Source of the DNA: Gammaproteobacteria bacterium
GTDB lineage: Bacteria; Pseudomonadota; Gammaproteobacteria; Methylohalomonadales; Methylohalomonadaceae
Direction: 5' to 3'
Length of the DNA stretch: 64,000 bases
Assembly (NCBI GenBank): GCA_034521715.1
Contig: JAXHLY010000008.1
Span: 53,357 to 117,356 of the forward strand
Shown here: in pieces, positions 48,714 through 63,318 of the stretch
Layout of the letters: each line of letters begins with the position of its first letter
How positions within the stretch are numbered: the stretch's first letter is position 1
Program-made: the position numbers and the translations under genes
Notes under the pieces: generated by a model
What the model saw: the letters and a program-made list of their open reading frames with translations, nothing else
Told to the model about the DNA's origin: nothing
Database searches by the model: none

Positions 48714-50619
48714 ATGACGAGTACGGCCCAACAATTCGATGTCATCGTGGTCGGTGGCGGGCACGCCGGCTGTGAGGCCGCGCTGGCCGCCGCGCGTACG
48801 GGCGCGCGCGCACTGCTGCTGACGCACAGCATCGATACGCTCGGGCAGATGTCCTGCAATCCGGCGATCGGCGGTATCGGCAAGGGCCATCTGGTCAGGG
48901 AAATCGACGCCCTCGGCGGCATGATGGCGCGCGCCGCCGACAGCAGCGGCATCCATTTCCGTCGCCTGAACGCCAGCAAGGGCCCCGCCGTGCGTGCCAC
49001 CCGGGCCCAGATCGACCGGGCACTGTACAGGGTCAATGTACGGGCAACGCTGGAAACGCAGCCGAATCTGTTCATTTTCCAGCAGGCGGTCGACGACCTG
49101 ATCGTCAACGGCGAGCGCATCAGCGGTGTCGTGACCCAGATGGGACTGCAGTTTCGTGCCCCGGCCGTGGTGCTGACCGTCGGCACTTTTCTCGGCGGCC
49201 GCATTCACATGGGCGAGACCCATTATCAGGGCGGCCGTGCCGGTGATCCGCCGAGCAATGCCCTGGCGCAGCGATTGCGCGAGCTGCCGTTTCGGGTCGG
49301 CCGGCTGAAGACCGGTACACCGCCGCGTATCGACGGCCGCTCGATAGACTACGACAGGCTCGAGATCCAGCCCGGTGACGAGCCACGACCGGTTTTTTCG
49401 TTTACCGGCAGTGCGGCTGATCATCCCGAACAGACGGTTTGTCATATCACCGCCACCAATGAACGCACGCACGATATTATCCGGTCGGCCCTGCACCGCT
49501 CGCCGATGTTCAGCGGCGAGATAGAGGGTGCCGGACCGCGTTACTGTCCGTCGGTCGAGGACAAGGTGGTGCGGTTTGCCGACAAGACCGCCCACCAGAT
49601 TTTCGTCGAACCGGAGGGACTGCACGCCACCGAGGTCTATCCGAACGGCATTTCCACCAGCCTGCCGTATGACGTGCAATATGATCTTGTGCGCAGCATC
49701 GCCGGCTTTGAGCAGGCCCACATCACCCGGCCGGGTTATGCCATCGAGTACGACTATTTCGATCCGCGCGACCTGTATCCGTGGCTGGAGACGCGGTTTA
49801 TTGATGGACTGTTCTTTGCCGGTCAGATCAACGGCACCACCGGTTATGAAGAGGCCGCCGCCCAGGGGCTTGTCGCCGGTCTCAATGCCGCCCGCCGGGT
49901 CAGCGAACTCGAACCCTGGAGCCCCGGCCGTGACCAGGCCTATATCGGTGTGCTGATCGACGACCTGATCACACGCGGCACCAGCGAGCCGTATCGCATG
50001 TTTACCAGCCGCGCCGAATACCGGCTGCAGTTGCGCGAGGATAACGCCGATCTGCGGTTGACGGCCGTCGGCCGCAGCATGGGCCTCGTCGGCGATGATC
50101 ACTGGCAGCGGTTTGAAAGTCGACGCACGGCCATCGACAGTGCCTGGAACCGGCTCGAATCCACCTGGCTGAGCCCGGCCCGGGTGTCCGCCGGCATTGC
50201 CGAAAGGGTGCTCGGCCAGCCGCTGAAAAAAGAGGCATCACTGTTGCAATTGTTGAGCCGTCCCGGCGTGACACTGGCGGGACTGGCGGAACTGGCGGAA
50301 CGCGGCGGCGGACGTGCCGGCGGTGACCGCCGATGTCGCCGAGCAGCTGGAAATCCAGGCCAGGTACCGGGGTTATATCGAGCGCCAGGACGAGGAAATT
50401 GAACGCAACCGGCGCAACGAGACTACCCGGCTGCCCGAGGATCTCGACTATGACCAGGTGCGTGGCCTGTCGGCGGAGGTGCTGCAGAAGCTGAAGGCAC
50501 ACCGGCCGCTCAATCTGGGGCAGGCCGCCCGTATCCCCGGTGTAACGCCGGCAGCGATTTCACTGTTACGTGTGCATCTGAAGAAACGGGCGGCGCCGGC
50601 ACTGGCGCGGAGCGCCTGA
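48714..50619 (+). CDS. mnmG: tRNA uridine-5-carboxymethylaminomethyl(34) synthesis enzyme (one frameshift near 50310)
   Basis: [59 protein letters not shown]. Confidence 0.96.
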
Positions 50620-51272
50620 TCATCGCCGCGTCAGCACTTGACCGGACGGCCCTCCTCAGCCAACTGGAGCACGGTCTGGATGCGCTCGGCATCGACAGCA
50701 GCAGCCTGCCACTGGTCCGGCTGATCGATTACCTGGAACTGCTGGCGCACTGGAACAGCGCCTACAATCTGACCTCGGTCCGGGATCCCGCCGCCATGGT
50801 TCCCTACCATCTGCTCGACAGCCTCAGCCTGCTGCCTTACCTGGACGGGCAGCGCTGCCTGGATATGGGCACCGGCGCCGGTTTGCCGGGCATTATCCTG
50901 GCGCTGGCGCGACCGGACCAGCACTGGGTCCTGCTTGACAGCAATTCCAAGAAAACCCGGTTCCTGCAGCAGGTGCGCATGCAACTCGATATCGGTAATG
51001 TCGAGATCGTACGCGACCGTATCAGCGAATTTTCCCCCGCTACGCCATTTGACATCATTACCGCCCGGGCCCTGGCGGGCCTCGACAAGCTCTGCCGCTG
51101 GTCGCAGCCGCTGCTGGCGCCGGGCGGCCGCCTGCTGGCAATGAAATCGACACCGGATGAAACCGAACTGGCCGCTATTGCCGGCCTGTCCGTCGATTAC
51201 CGCGCTCATAATCTGGATATTCCCGGCGTCGATGGTCCGCGCTCTTTGATAGAGCTGTGGTTTAATACCTGA
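50619..51272 (+). CDS. rsmG: 16S rRNA m7G527 methyltransferase (start approximate)
   Basis: WNSAYNLT, HLLDSL, DMGTGAGLPG, LDSNSKKTRFL; mnmG-rsmG-parA synteny. Confidence 0.92.
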   Translation: MIAASALDRTALLSQLEHGLDALGIDSSSLPLVRLIDYLELLAHWNSAYNLTSVRDPAAMVPYHLLDSLSLLPYLDGQRCLDMGTGAGLPGIILALARPDQHWVLLDSNSKKTRFLQQVRMQLDIGNVEIVRDRISEFSPATPFDIITARALAGLDKLCRWSQPLLAPGGRLLAMKSTPDETELAAIAGLSVDYRAHNLDIPGVDGPRSLIELWFNT

Positions 51273-51361
51273 CAATGAAATGCCAGGCATGAGGTTTTCC
51301 CCCGCCGGAAGGCTCATGCAATAATAAGCCTTGCCCTCCCGGGATTCAGATCAGCTCTATC

Positions 51362-52135
51362 ATGGCCAAGATCATAGCGGTAACCAACCAGAAAGGCGGG
51401 GTCGGCAAGACCACGACCAGCGTCAATCTTGCCGCCTCGCTGGCAGCGACAAAACGCCGCGTGTTGCTTGTCGATCTGGATCCGCAGGGCAACGCCACCA
51501 TGGGCAGCGGCGTTGATAAATATGTCCTCGAGCGCAGCAGTTATGACGTGCTCATGGATGACGTCCCACTGCGCGAGACCATTATCCAGTCGCCGCAGGG
51601 CGGATTCGATCTGTTGCCGGCCAATTCGGATCTGACCGGCGCCGAGGTCGCGTTACTCGAGGAGATGGCGCGTGAGATCCGGTTGCGCAAGGCACTCGAA
51701 CCGGTCAGCAACGATTATCATTACATATTTATTGACTGTCCGCCGGCACTGAACATGCTCACGATCAATGCGCTGGTGGCCGCGCATACGGTCATGATAC
51801 CCATGCAGTGCGAGTACTATGCACTTGAAGGCCTGACTGCGCTGATAGAAACGATCGAAAAAATACGCAAGTACCTGAATCCGGATCTGCAGATCGAAGG
51901 CCTGCTTCGCACGATGTATGATCCGCGCAACAATCTTGCGAGCCAGGTATCGGCCCAGCTGATGGAGCACTTCGGCGACAAGGTGTATCACACGATTATC
52001 CCGCGCAACGTGCGCCTCGCCGAGGCGCCGAGTCACGGCCTGCCGGCGCTGATTTACGATCGTACCTCGCGCGGCGCGCTGGCCTATCTGGCGCTGGCCG
52101 GTGAAATGCTGCGGCGGGAAAGGAATGCGGCGTGA
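51362..52135 (+). CDS. parA: Chromosome partitioning ATPase ParA/Soj
   Basis: NQKGGVGKTT, DLDPQGNAT, DCPP, QCEYYALEG, IPRNVRLAEAPS. Confidence 0.96.
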   Translation: MAKIIAVTNQKGGVGKTTTSVNLAASLAATKRRVLLVDLDPQGNATMGSGVDKYVLERSSYDVLMDDVPLRETIIQSPQGGFDLLPANSDLTGAEVALLEEMAREIRLRKALEPVSNDYHYIFIDCPPALNMLTINALVAAHTVMIPMQCEYYALEGLTALIETIEKIRKYLNPDLQIEGLLRTMYDPRNNLASQVSAQLMEHFGDKVYHTIIPRNVRLAEAPSHGLPALIYDRTSRGALAYLALAGEMLRRERNAA

Positions 52136-52140
52136 AGTAA

Positions 52141-52301
52141 GTGAATAGTGAATAGTGAATAGTGAATAGTGAATAGTGAATAGTGAATAGTGAATAGTGA
52201 ATAGTGAATAGTGAATAGTGAATAGTGAATAGTGAATAGTGAATAGTGAATAGTGAATAGTGAATAGTGAATAGTGAATAGTGAATAGTGAATAGTGAAT
52301 A
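52141..52301 (+). repeat. (GTGAATA)x23 perfect heptamer array between parA and parB
   Basis: Counted directly: 161 bp; followed by CTATC/AACCA-type degenerate arrays to about 52412. Confidence 0.95.
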
Positions 52302-52461
52302 ATTGGATAGAGGGAACCAGAAAGTTCCCCGATTACAGTCTTTCTATCTTCTATTAGCTATCATCTATCATCTCAACCAATAAACCAGTTAACTAATTAA
52401 CTAGTTACCCAGTGAACAGCTTAAACTGATTTCAATGATGCTGAATGTTGGCAGGTAAAGA

Positions 52462-53340
52462 ATGGCAGCCAAGAAGAGAGGACTAGGCCGGGGACTCGAT
52501 GCCCTCATCGCTGGCCGCAACCCGGAAGAATTGCTGAGCGAACGCCAGCAAAGCGGTGACGCTCTCCGTAATCTGCCGGTTGATCTGATTCAGCGCGGCC
52601 GTTATCAGCCGCGTATCGAGATCAATGCCGAGCGTCTGCAGGAACTGGCCGACTCGATCAGGGCCCAGGGTGTGGTGCAGCCCATTGTCGTCCGGCCGAT
52701 TGAAGGCGGCCGCTACGAGATCATTGCCGGCGAGCGCCGCTGGCGGGCATCGCAGCAGGCCGGCCTGCACGATATACCGGCAGTGGTCCGTGACGTGCCG
52801 GACCAGGCAGCGATGTGCCTGGGCCTTATCGAGAATATCCAGCGCGAGAATCTGAATCCGATCGAGGAAGCCCGGGCACTTGAAAGATTGTTGCAGGAAT
52901 TCGAGATGACCCATGAAGGCGTCGCCGACGCAGTTGGCCGTTCCCGTGCCGCGGTCAGCAATCTGCTGCGGTTGCTGGAGCTGCGCCCGGAAGTCCGCGA
53001 AATGGTGGAGAAAGGCGACCTGGAGATGGGTCATGCCCGGGCCCTGCTGGGGCTGGGCAAGGACCGGCAGCTGGAGGCGGCGCGCAAGGTCGTCAGCCGC
53101 GGCCTGTCGGTACGCGCGACCGAGCAACTGGTGCGCCAGGGCAACAGCGGTTCCGGACCGTCGGCCAAAAAGACCGCAGGCAAACGCCGTGATCCCAATA
53201 TCACCAACCTGGAGCAGGATTTGTCCGAACGACTGGGGGCGGCGGTCAGCATCAAGCACGAGAAGAACGGCAGGGGCGCACTCAGTATCCGCTACAGCTC
53301 ACTGGATGAACTTGACGGAATTATTTCGAGAATCAAGTAA
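52462..53340 (+). CDS. parB: Chromosome partitioning protein ParB
   Basis: KRGLGRGLDAL, YQPR, IIAGERRWRA, IENIQRENLNPIEEA. Confidence 0.96.
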   Translation: MAAKKRGLGRGLDALIAGRNPEELLSERQQSGDALRNLPVDLIQRGRYQPRIEINAERLQELADSIRAQGVVQPIVVRPIEGGRYEIIAGERRWRASQQAGLHDIPAVVRDVPDQAAMCLGLIENIQRENLNPIEEARALERLLQEFEMTHEGVADAVGRSRAAVSNLLRLLELRPEVREMVEKGDLEMGHARALLGLGKDRQLEAARKVVSRGLSVRATEQLVRQGNSGSGPSAKKTAGKRRDPNITNLEQDLSERLGAAVSIKHEKNGRGALSIRYSSLDELDGIISRIK

Positions 53341-53506
53341 CCGTATGTCATTACTTGGCTTTTCCGGCGATCACCGGGAAGCGATTGATTCACCACGCCG
53401 ACCTAATTATACTCTCGCACCTTAACTGGCCCATGACCGCCGGCACAGTATGGCTGTGTCTGCGGTTTTGTAACGCCGGAACTGGCGGCCGGCTGCCGAG
53501 ACATCG

Positions 53507-54830
<1,324 letters not shown>

Positions 54831-54853
54831 ACAGTTTGTTTAAGTTAACGTAA

Positions 54854-55138
<285 letters not shown>

Positions 55139-55188
55139 TCAACGGTTAATAACTTGTCACCGACAAATATCATCCGAGGGATATTGCC

Positions 55189-55659
55189 GTGAATTTCAAT
55201 TTGACCCTGATCGGACAGAGCATCGCTTTCGCCATATTCGTATGGTTCACGATGAAATTCGTGTGGCCCATGTTGATGAACAAGATGGCGGAGCGCGAAA
55301 AGAAGATTGCCGATGGACTTGCTGCCGCTGAAGAAGGCCAGCAGAAATTCGAACAGGCAGAGAAGCGTTATGAAGAGCTGGTCGCCGAGGGTAAACAGCA
55401 GGCTTCCGATATTATCGCCCAGGCCGGTAAACGGGGCGATGAACTGGTCGAGGAGTCCAAGCAGACCGCCAAGGATGAAGCAGAACGTATCAAACATGCA
55501 GCTCAGGCTGATATCGAGCATGAATTTACCCAGGCCCGTGAGCAGCTCAAGCATGAGGTGTCCAAGCTGGCGATTATCGGGGCCGAGCAGATTCTGATGC
55601 GTGAAGTGGATCAGAAGGCTCACAACGACATTCTTGACAAGATCTGCGCCAAACTCTGA
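55189..55659 (+). CDS. atpF: ATP synthase F0 subunit b
   Basis: NLTLIGQSIAFAIFVWFTMKFVWP, IADGLAAA. Confidence 0.96.
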   Translation: MNFNLTLIGQSIAFAIFVWFTMKFVWPMLMNKMAEREKKIADGLAAAEEGQQKFEQAEKRYEELVAEGKQQASDIIAQAGKRGDELVEESKQTAKDEAERIKHAAQADIEHEFTQAREQLKHEVSKLAIIGAEQILMREVDQKAHNDILDKICAKL

Positions 55660-55672
55660 GGGACGCTGAGGT

Positions 55673-56209
55673 ATGCTGGAAAAAACCACTATTGCACGTC
55701 CCTATGCCGAAGCGGCGTTTGAGCAGGCACAGGACGAGGGTACGCTCAAGGCATGGTCGGAATTTCTGTCCGTCCTCGCCGCCGTGGTATCAGATGAACA
55801 GGTGGAAGTCCTGCTTGATAATCCCCATGTCACTGGTGAGCAGCTCATGCAGATCATCACCAGTGTCACGAGTGGCAATGACCTGAGCAAAACCCAGTCC
55901 AATTTCCTGCACATTCTTGTTGATGCCGAGCGGCTGCAGTTTGCGCCGCAGATGGCAGAGCTGTTCGAGATGCGGCGCCTGGATGTTGAGGGGCTGGCAA
56001 ACGTGGAAGTGGTCTCGGCCTACCCGCTGGATGATACACAGCGCCAGCGAATCACGGAGATTATGGCCAAGCGCCTCAATCGCAAGATTGAACTGAACGA
56101 GTCTACCAATAAAGACTTGATCGGCGGCGCTATCATCCGTAACGGTGATTCCGTTATTGATGCCTCTCTCCGCGGCCAACTGGAAGAGCTGCGTAGCGAG
56201 CTCGCATGA
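55673..56209 (+). CDS. atpH: ATP synthase F1 delta
   Basis: TIARPYAEAAF, LIGGAIIRNGDSVIDAS. Confidence 0.95.
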   Translation: MLEKTTIARPYAEAAFEQAQDEGTLKAWSEFLSVLAAVVSDEQVEVLLDNPHVTGEQLMQIITSVTSGNDLSKTQSNFLHILVDAERLQFAPQMAELFEMRRLDVEGLANVEVVSAYPLDDTQRQRITEIMAKRLNRKIELNESTNKDLIGGAIIRNGDSVIDASLRGQLEELRSELA

Positions 56210-56282
56210 GGATGGATACAAGCGCAGGCCGGAATGAATTCATAAGCGGTCCAACCGCCGTTAGAGTCGACGAGGAATAACG

Positions 56283-57824
56283 ATGCAAATCAGTGCAACC
56301 GAGATCAGCGATCTGATCAAAAAGAAGATCCAGCAACTGGATCTGGAAACAGAGGCGCGTACCGAAGGCACGGTGGTCAGCCTGAGTGACGGCATCGCCC
56401 GTCTGCATGGACTGAGTGACGCCATGCAGGGCGAGATGATCGAATTCCCCGGCAATACTTACGGACTCGCGCTGAACCTGGAACGCGATTCAGTCGGTGC
56501 CGTTATTCTGGGCACGTATGACCATATCAGTGAGGGAGATACGGTCAAATGCACCAAACGTATTCTGGAAGTACCGGTTGGTGAAGGCCTGCTGGGACGG
56601 GTTGTGAATGCGCTGGGTGAGCCGATAGATGGCCGGGGTCCGATCGAGTCAGAGGAAAGCTCTCCGATCGAGAAGATCGCGCCGGGCGTTATCTGGCGCC
56701 AGTCCGTTGACCAGCCCGTGCAGAGTGGTCTTAAGTCCATTGACTCCATGGTGCCGGTCGGCCGCGGTCAGCGTGAGCTGATCATCGGCGATCGTCAGAC
56801 CGGTAAGTCTGCAGTGGCGATTGATACGATCATTAACCAGAAAGGCACCGGCATTAAATGTATCTACGTTGCCATCGGCCAGAAGGCCTCTTCCATTAAT
56901 AACGTGGTCCGCAAGCTGGAAGAGCATGGTGCGCTGGAACACACCATCGTAGTGGCTGCCAGTGCCTCCCAGTCGGCTGCCATGCAGTATATTTCCGCCT
57001 ATTCCGGCTGCGCCATGGGCGAGTATTTCCGGGACCGGGGCGAGGATGCCCTGATTATTTATGATGACCTCACCAAGCAGGCATGGGCCTATCGCCAGGT
57101 TTCCCTGCTGCTACGCCGGCCACCGGGCCGCGAGGCCTATCCGGGTGACGTGTTCTATCTGCATTCGCGCCTGCTGGAACGGGCCGCGCGGGTCAGTGCC
57201 GAGTATGTTGAAAGAGAAACCGATGGCAAGGTCAAGGGCAAGACCGGTTCACTGACGGCGTTGCCGATCATCGAAACCCAGGCCGGTGACGTGTCCGCCT
57301 TCGTGCCGACCAACGTGATTTCCATTACCGACGGCCAGATTTACCTGGAAACAGATCTGTTCAACTCCGGCTTCCGTCCAGCCATTAATGCCGGCCTGTC
57401 GGTCTCCCGTGTCGGCGGCGCCGCCCAGACCAAGATCATCAAGAAGCTCGGTGGCGGTGTGCGCCTGGCGCTGGCCCAGTACCGCGAACTGGCGGCCTTT
57501 GCCCAGTTTGCCTCCGACCTTGATGAGACGACCCGCAAGCAGCTCGAGCGTGGCCAGCGTGTCATGGAACTGATGAAACAGAATCAGTACTCGCCGCTCA
57601 GCGTGGCCGAAATGGCGGTCAGTCTGTATTCAGCGGAGAAGGGTTATCTGGACGAAATCGAGCTGAACAAGATCGGTGATTTCGAAGCTGCACTGCATGG
57701 TTACATGAAGAGCGAGCAGGCCGATCTCATGAAAGAGATCAATGAAAACGGCGATTACGACGACGATATTGACGCGAAACTCAAGGAATGCCTTGAAGAC
57801 TTCAAGAAGAACAATACCTGGTAA
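56283..57824 (+). CDS. atpA: ATP synthase F1 alpha
   Basis: [41 protein letters not shown]. Confidence 0.98.
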   Translation: MQISATEISDLIKKKIQQLDLETEARTEGTVVSLSDGIARLHGLSDAMQGEMIEFPGNTYGLALNLERDSVGAVILGTYDHISEGDTVKCTKRILEVPVGEGLLGRVVNALGEPIDGRGPIESEESSPIEKIAPGVIWRQSVDQPVQSGLKSIDSMVPVGRGQRELIIGDRQTGKSAVAIDTIINQKGTGIKCIYVAIGQKASSINNVVRKLEEHGALEHTIVVAASASQSAAMQYISAYSGCAMGEYFRDRGEDALIIYDDLTKQAWAYRQVSLLLRRPPGREAYPGDVFYLHSRLLERAARVSAEYVERETDGKVKGKTGSLTALPIIETQAGDVSAFVPTNVISITDGQIYLETDLFNSGFRPAINAGLSVSRVGGAAQTKIIKKLGGGVRLALAQYRELAAFAQFASDLDETTRKQLERGQRVMELMKQNQYSPLSVAEMAVSLYSAEKGYLDEIELNKIGDFEAALHGYMKSEQADLMKEINENGDYDDDIDAKLKECLEDFKKNNTW

Positions 57825-57901
57825 TTCGTGAATCGTTGTTCGTGAAACGTGAATCGACGTTAATTTTTTGCTTTAAATGAACAAGCTGACAGGAAACTGA
57901 A

Positions 57902-58783
57902 ATGGCGGCAGGAAAAGAAATCCGGACCAAGATCTCCAGCGTCAAGAATACGCAAAAGATCACCAAGGCCATGGAAATGGTCGCTGCCAGCAAGATGCGC
58001 AAGGCGCAGGAGCGCATGCAGGCGGCCCGCCCCTATGCAGAGAAGATTCGTAACGTCATTGCGCACCTGGCCCAGGCAAATCCGGAATATCAGCATACCT
58101 ATCTGAATGAGCGTGAAGAGATCAAGCGGGTGGGTTTGATAATCATTACAACCGATCGCGGCCTTTGCGGTGGTCTGAATGCCAACCTGTTCCGTGAAGT
58201 CCTGCGACAGATGCGGGCCTGGCAGAAGGAAGAAGGCAAGGAACTTGATCTGTCGATTATCGGCAACAAGGGTATAGCCTACTTCAAGCGTATCGGTGGC
58301 AACATCGTGGCACAAACCAGTGGTTTGGGAGATGCGCCGGCGCTGGATGACCTGATCGGAACTGTCAGGGTAATGCTGAATGCCTATGAAGAAGGCACGA
58401 TTGATGAGCTGCATCTGGTTTATAACGAGTTTGTAAATTCGATGACCCAGAGAGCGAAGCTCGAAAAACTGCTACCGGTCGATGCCGCCGTCGATGAGCA
58501 GGATGAGCAGAAGGAATTGCAGCATCACTGGGATTATATCTACGAACCCGATGCCGAAGAGGTCCTTGACGAACTGCTGATGCGCTATATCGAATCCCTG
58601 GTTTATCAAAGCATGGTGGAAAATATTGCCTGCGAACAGGCAGCGCGCATGGTGGCCATGAAGAGCGCTTCTGATAATGCCGGCAAGCTCATTGATGATC
58701 TCGAGCTTATTTATAACAAGGCACGGCAGGCGGCGATCACCCAGGAGTTGTCGGAGATCGTCAGCGGGGCCGCGGCAACCTGA
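57902..58783 (+). CDS. atpG: ATP synthase F1 gamma
   Basis: [32 protein letters not shown]. Confidence 0.97.
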   Translation: MAAGKEIRTKISSVKNTQKITKAMEMVAASKMRKAQERMQAARPYAEKIRNVIAHLAQANPEYQHTYLNEREEIKRVGLIIITTDRGLCGGLNANLFREVLRQMRAWQKEEGKELDLSIIGNKGIAYFKRIGGNIVAQTSGLGDAPALDDLIGTVRVMLNAYEEGTIDELHLVYNEFVNSMTQRAKLEKLLPVDAAVDEQDEQKELQHHWDYIYEPDAEEVLDELLMRYIESLVYQSMVENIACEQAARMVAMKSASDNAGKLIDDLELIYNKARQAAITQELSEIVSGAAAT

Positions 58784-58939
58784 TGGGATTGAGAACACTC
58801 ACTTTGTGTGAAAGTGGGGGACGAAGACGATTTAACAGTTCATGCTTGGCGCTTTGCAGGAGTATTCGGGCTCATGTCCTGAAGGTGAATATAAAGCATG
58901 AACAAATACGAAATTTGACTTTGCATTGAGGATAGGCAC

Positions 58940-60319
<1,380 letters not shown>

Positions 60320-60337
60320 CCGCACAGGACGAGAACA

Positions 60338-60766
60338 GTGGCCGAAACCATCAAAGTCGATATCGTCAGCGCCGAAAAGTCGATTTATTCCGGCGAAGCC
60401 GCCATGGTCTTCGCTCCTGCCAGCCAGGGCGAAGTCGGTATTGCACCCGGCCACTCGGCCCTGTTGACCAAGCTGGGGCCGGGTGAAGTGCGTTTGCGAC
60501 TGCCGGACGGCAAGGAAGACGCCTATTACGTCTCCGGCGGCATTCTTGAAGTCCAGCCCTATATCATCACCGTATTGTCGGATACGGCGCTGCGCGCTCA
60601 CGATATTGATGAAGCTGCTGCGCTCAAGGCCAAGGAGGAAGCCGAGAAGGCACTGCATGACAAGGAAAGCGAGATTGACTATGGTGCTGCCCAGGCGGCG
60701 CTTGCCGAGGCCGTCGCCCAGATTGAAACCCTTCGCAGAATGCGCAATCGCGCCGGCCGCGGTTAA
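60338..60766 (+). CDS. atpC: ATP synthase F1 epsilon
   Basis: DIVSAEK, GEVGIAPGH, VSGGILEVQP. Confidence 0.96.
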   Translation: MAETIKVDIVSAEKSIYSGEAAMVFAPASQGEVGIAPGHSALLTKLGPGEVRLRLPDGKEDAYYVSGGILEVQPYIITVLSDTALRAHDIDEAAALKAKEEAEKALHDKESEIDYGAAQAALAEAVAQIETLRRMRNRAGRG

Positions 60767-60981
60767 ACTGGCCTGAGATTTTCCTGTGATGACATGCCAT
60801 GCCCGGAGTCTCCGGCTGTGGTACTGTCCGAATCAGTTACGCTGTCTCCCGGATCGGGCCCAGACATGGATTCCGTAACCGTTCCCGCCGATAATGGTAT
60901 CCGCCGTCACGTTTGCTGGTTTCCCGGCGGTCTGTCATTACGCCAGCGGACCATTTTTGATATCCGGCCGGAGATTACTGC

Positions 60982-62346
60982 ATGGGCTTGAGCATCGTCA
61001 TACTTGCCGCGGGCCAGGGTACACGCATGCGTTCGCGCTGGCCCAAGGTCCTGCACAGGGTCGCCGGCCGTACCCTGCTGGAACATGTTTACCAGACCGC
61101 ATCCTCCCTGCAGCATGATTCGCTGATTATCATCTATGGCCATGGTGGCAGTCAGGTGCCGGAGGCGCTCGCGCATGTGGATGCCGAATGGATCGAGCAG
61201 ACCGAGCAGCTGGGCACCGGTCATGCCGTTGCCCAGGCTTTGCCACGAATAGACGATAACGACGATGTCCTGCTTCTCAATGGTGATGTCCCGCTGGTCT
61301 GTGCCGGAACGCTGGAGCGGCTGACAGCGGCAGCCCGTGACAGCGGTTTTGCCCTGCTGACGGCAATACTGGACGACCCGGGCGGATACGGGCGTATTGT
61401 TCGCGACGGCTCTGGAAAAGTTGTGCGCATTGTCGAGGAAAAGGATGCCTCCATGGATGAACGCGCCATCCGGGAGATCAATACCGGCATGATGGTTGTG
61501 CGCGGTGCATTACTGAAGCGCTGGATCGAAGCGCTGGATAAGGGTAACAGGCAGGGTGAATACTATCTGACCGATATTGTCGCCATGGCTGTCCGCGAGC
61601 ACGTAAACATCGAATGTATCCAGCCGCACAGCCTGAACGAGATCATGGGCATTAATGATCGCGTCCAGCTTGCCCGGGTCGAGAATACCTACCGGCAGAT
61701 GCAGGCCGAGCAGCTTATGCAGGACGGCGTCACCCTGGTGGATCCCGCCCGTTTCGATCTGCGCGGCACATTAAAAGCAGGGATGGATACGGTTATCGAT
61801 GTCAATGTCATTATCGAAGGCGAGGTCAGTCTCGGTGATGATGTACGCATTGGCGCCAACTGTGTGTTGCGCGATGTAGCTGTCGGGGATAATGCAGAAA
61901 TTCAGCCGAACTGCGTGATAGAGCATGCCACTATTGGCAGACAGTGCAGGATTGGCCCCTTTGCGCGTATCCGGCCGGATACAGTGCTTGCCGATGGTGT
62001 GCATATCGGCAATTTCGTGGAGGTGAAAAAGTCCGAAATCGGTCCCGGCTCGAAAGTCAATCACCTGAGCTATATCGGCGATACCGAGATTGGCCGCGGT
62101 GTCAATGTCGGTGCCGGCACCATCACCTGCAATTATGACGGCGCCAGCAAACATAAAACGATCATCGAGGATGATGTCTTCATCGGCTCGGATACCCAGC
62201 TGGTGGCCCCCGTGCGTGTCGCCGCCGGCGCGACAATTGGTGCCGGCACCACGGTGACCCGGGATGTCGAGGCCGGCACTCTTGCCATCGGCCGTGCCGA
62301 ACAGCGTACGGTGAAAGGCTGGAAGCGGCCGAAGAAGGGTGGTTGA
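60982..62346 (+). CDS. glmU: Bifunctional UDP-GlcNAc pyrophosphorylase / GlcN-1-P acetyltransferase
   Basis: ILAAGQGTRMRS, QLGTGHAV, EYYLTD, NHLSYIGD, TITCNYDG. Confidence 0.96.
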   Translation: MGLSIVILAAGQGTRMRSRWPKVLHRVAGRTLLEHVYQTASSLQHDSLIIIYGHGGSQVPEALAHVDAEWIEQTEQLGTGHAVAQALPRIDDNDDVLLLNGDVPLVCAGTLERLTAAARDSGFALLTAILDDPGGYGRIVRDGSGKVVRIVEEKDASMDERAIREINTGMMVVRGALLKRWIEALDKGNRQGEYYLTDIVAMAVREHVNIECIQPHSLNEIMGINDRVQLARVENTYRQMQAEQLMQDGVTLVDPARFDLRGTLKAGMDTVIDVNVIIEGEVSLGDDVRIGANCVLRDVAVGDNAEIQPNCVIEHATIGRQCRIGPFARIRPDTVLADGVHIGNFVEVKKSEIGPGSKVNHLSYIGDTEIGRGVNVGAGTITCNYDGASKHKTIIEDDVFIGSDTQLVAPVRVAAGATIGAGTTVTRDVEAGTLAIGRAEQRTVKGWKRPKKGG

Positions 62347-62463
62347 GTGGTTAATTAGTTAACTGGTTGATTAGTGGCACATACTGTCGGCAGTCGCACC
62401 ACGCTTGATTAACATTGCACCAATTAACCAATTAACCAATTAACTAATTAACCAGTTAACTGG
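62347..62463. repeat. Opposed octamer arrays (TGGTTAAT... / ...AATTAACC)
   Basis: G/T-rich array after the glmU stop, AACCA-type array before the next start. Confidence 0.85.
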
Positions 62464-62502
62464 TCGCATATAGGCCGGAAATAATGAGACTGCCATAACG
62501 TC

Positions 62503-63318
62503 ATGAAAGTGGGCTTTTACCAATACCGGCCGGTGTTCGGTCGCATCAGGACCAATCTCAACAAGGTGTTGAAAAAACTCGAGGGTGTCGAGGCCGATGT
62601 GATTGTGCTGCCGGAGCTGGCCTTCACGGGTTATTATTTTACGGATCGTGCTGAAACCCTGAAGCTGGCAGAGGACCCGAAGGATTCCGCGACGGTCAAT
62701 GCACTGACGGAACTCTGCAGCCGTAATGACTTCCACCTCGTTACCGGATTCACCGAGCGTGATGGTGACCGGGTGTATAACAGCGGGTTACTGATTGGTC
62801 CGGATGGTGTCGAGCATACCTATCGCAAGCTGCATCTCTTTAATGAAGAAAAGTTCTGGTTCGACCCCGGCGATATCCCTTTGTCAGTACAGACCGTTCG
62901 TGGTGCCAGGATCGGCATCATGGTGTGTTTCGACTGGGTGTTCCCGGAGGTCGCGCGGACACTGGCATTGCTCGGTGCCGAGATCATATGCCAGCCGGCC
63001 AACCTGGTGCTGGCCTACTGCCAGCAGACCATGCTGGCGCGCAGCCTGGAGAATCGGGTATTCAGCGTGACCTGCAACCGTTTCGGTGCCGACAGACGAC
63101 CCCAGGGGGAACTGCGGTTTACCGGCCGCAGCCAGATCGTTGCACCCAATGGTGATCGCCTTGAAAGCGCCGCGGCACAGCGCGAGGCGCTGGTGATCGC
63201 TGATATCGATCCGGCACTGGCGCATGAAAAGCACATTACCCGATATAATGATGTCCTTGCCGATCGGCGGCCGGAATTCTATCACCGCCTGACAGAGTTA
63301 TCAGGAGACGATCAATGA
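62503..63318 (+). CDS. Carbon-nitrogen hydrolase (nitrilase superfamily)
   Basis: Catalytic E-K-C triad: LPELAFTGY, YRKLHLF, MVCFDW. Confidence 0.88.
   Translation: MKVGFYQYRPVFGRIRTNLNKVLKKLEGVEADVIVLPELAFTGYYFTDRAETLKLAEDPKDSATVNALTELCSRNDFHLVTGFTERDGDRVYNSGLLIGPDGVEHTYRKLHLFNEEKFWFDPGDIPLSVQTVRGARIGIMVCFDWVFPEVARTLALLGAEIICQPANLVLAYCQQTMLARSLENRVFSVTCNRFGADRRPQGELRFTGRSQIVAPNGDRLESAAAQREALVIADIDPALAHEKHITRYNDVLADRRPEFYHRLTELSGDDQ

Noticed and set aside
52141-52301. Heptamer arrays (also 28412-28488) as CRISPR
   Set aside because: Pure tandem repeats without spacers; no cas genes in the window
57825-57860. parS site (TTCGTGAAAC) between atpA and atpG
   Set aside because: Does not match the 16-bp TGTTTCACGTGAAACA palindrome; fits the TCGTGAA heptamer repeats
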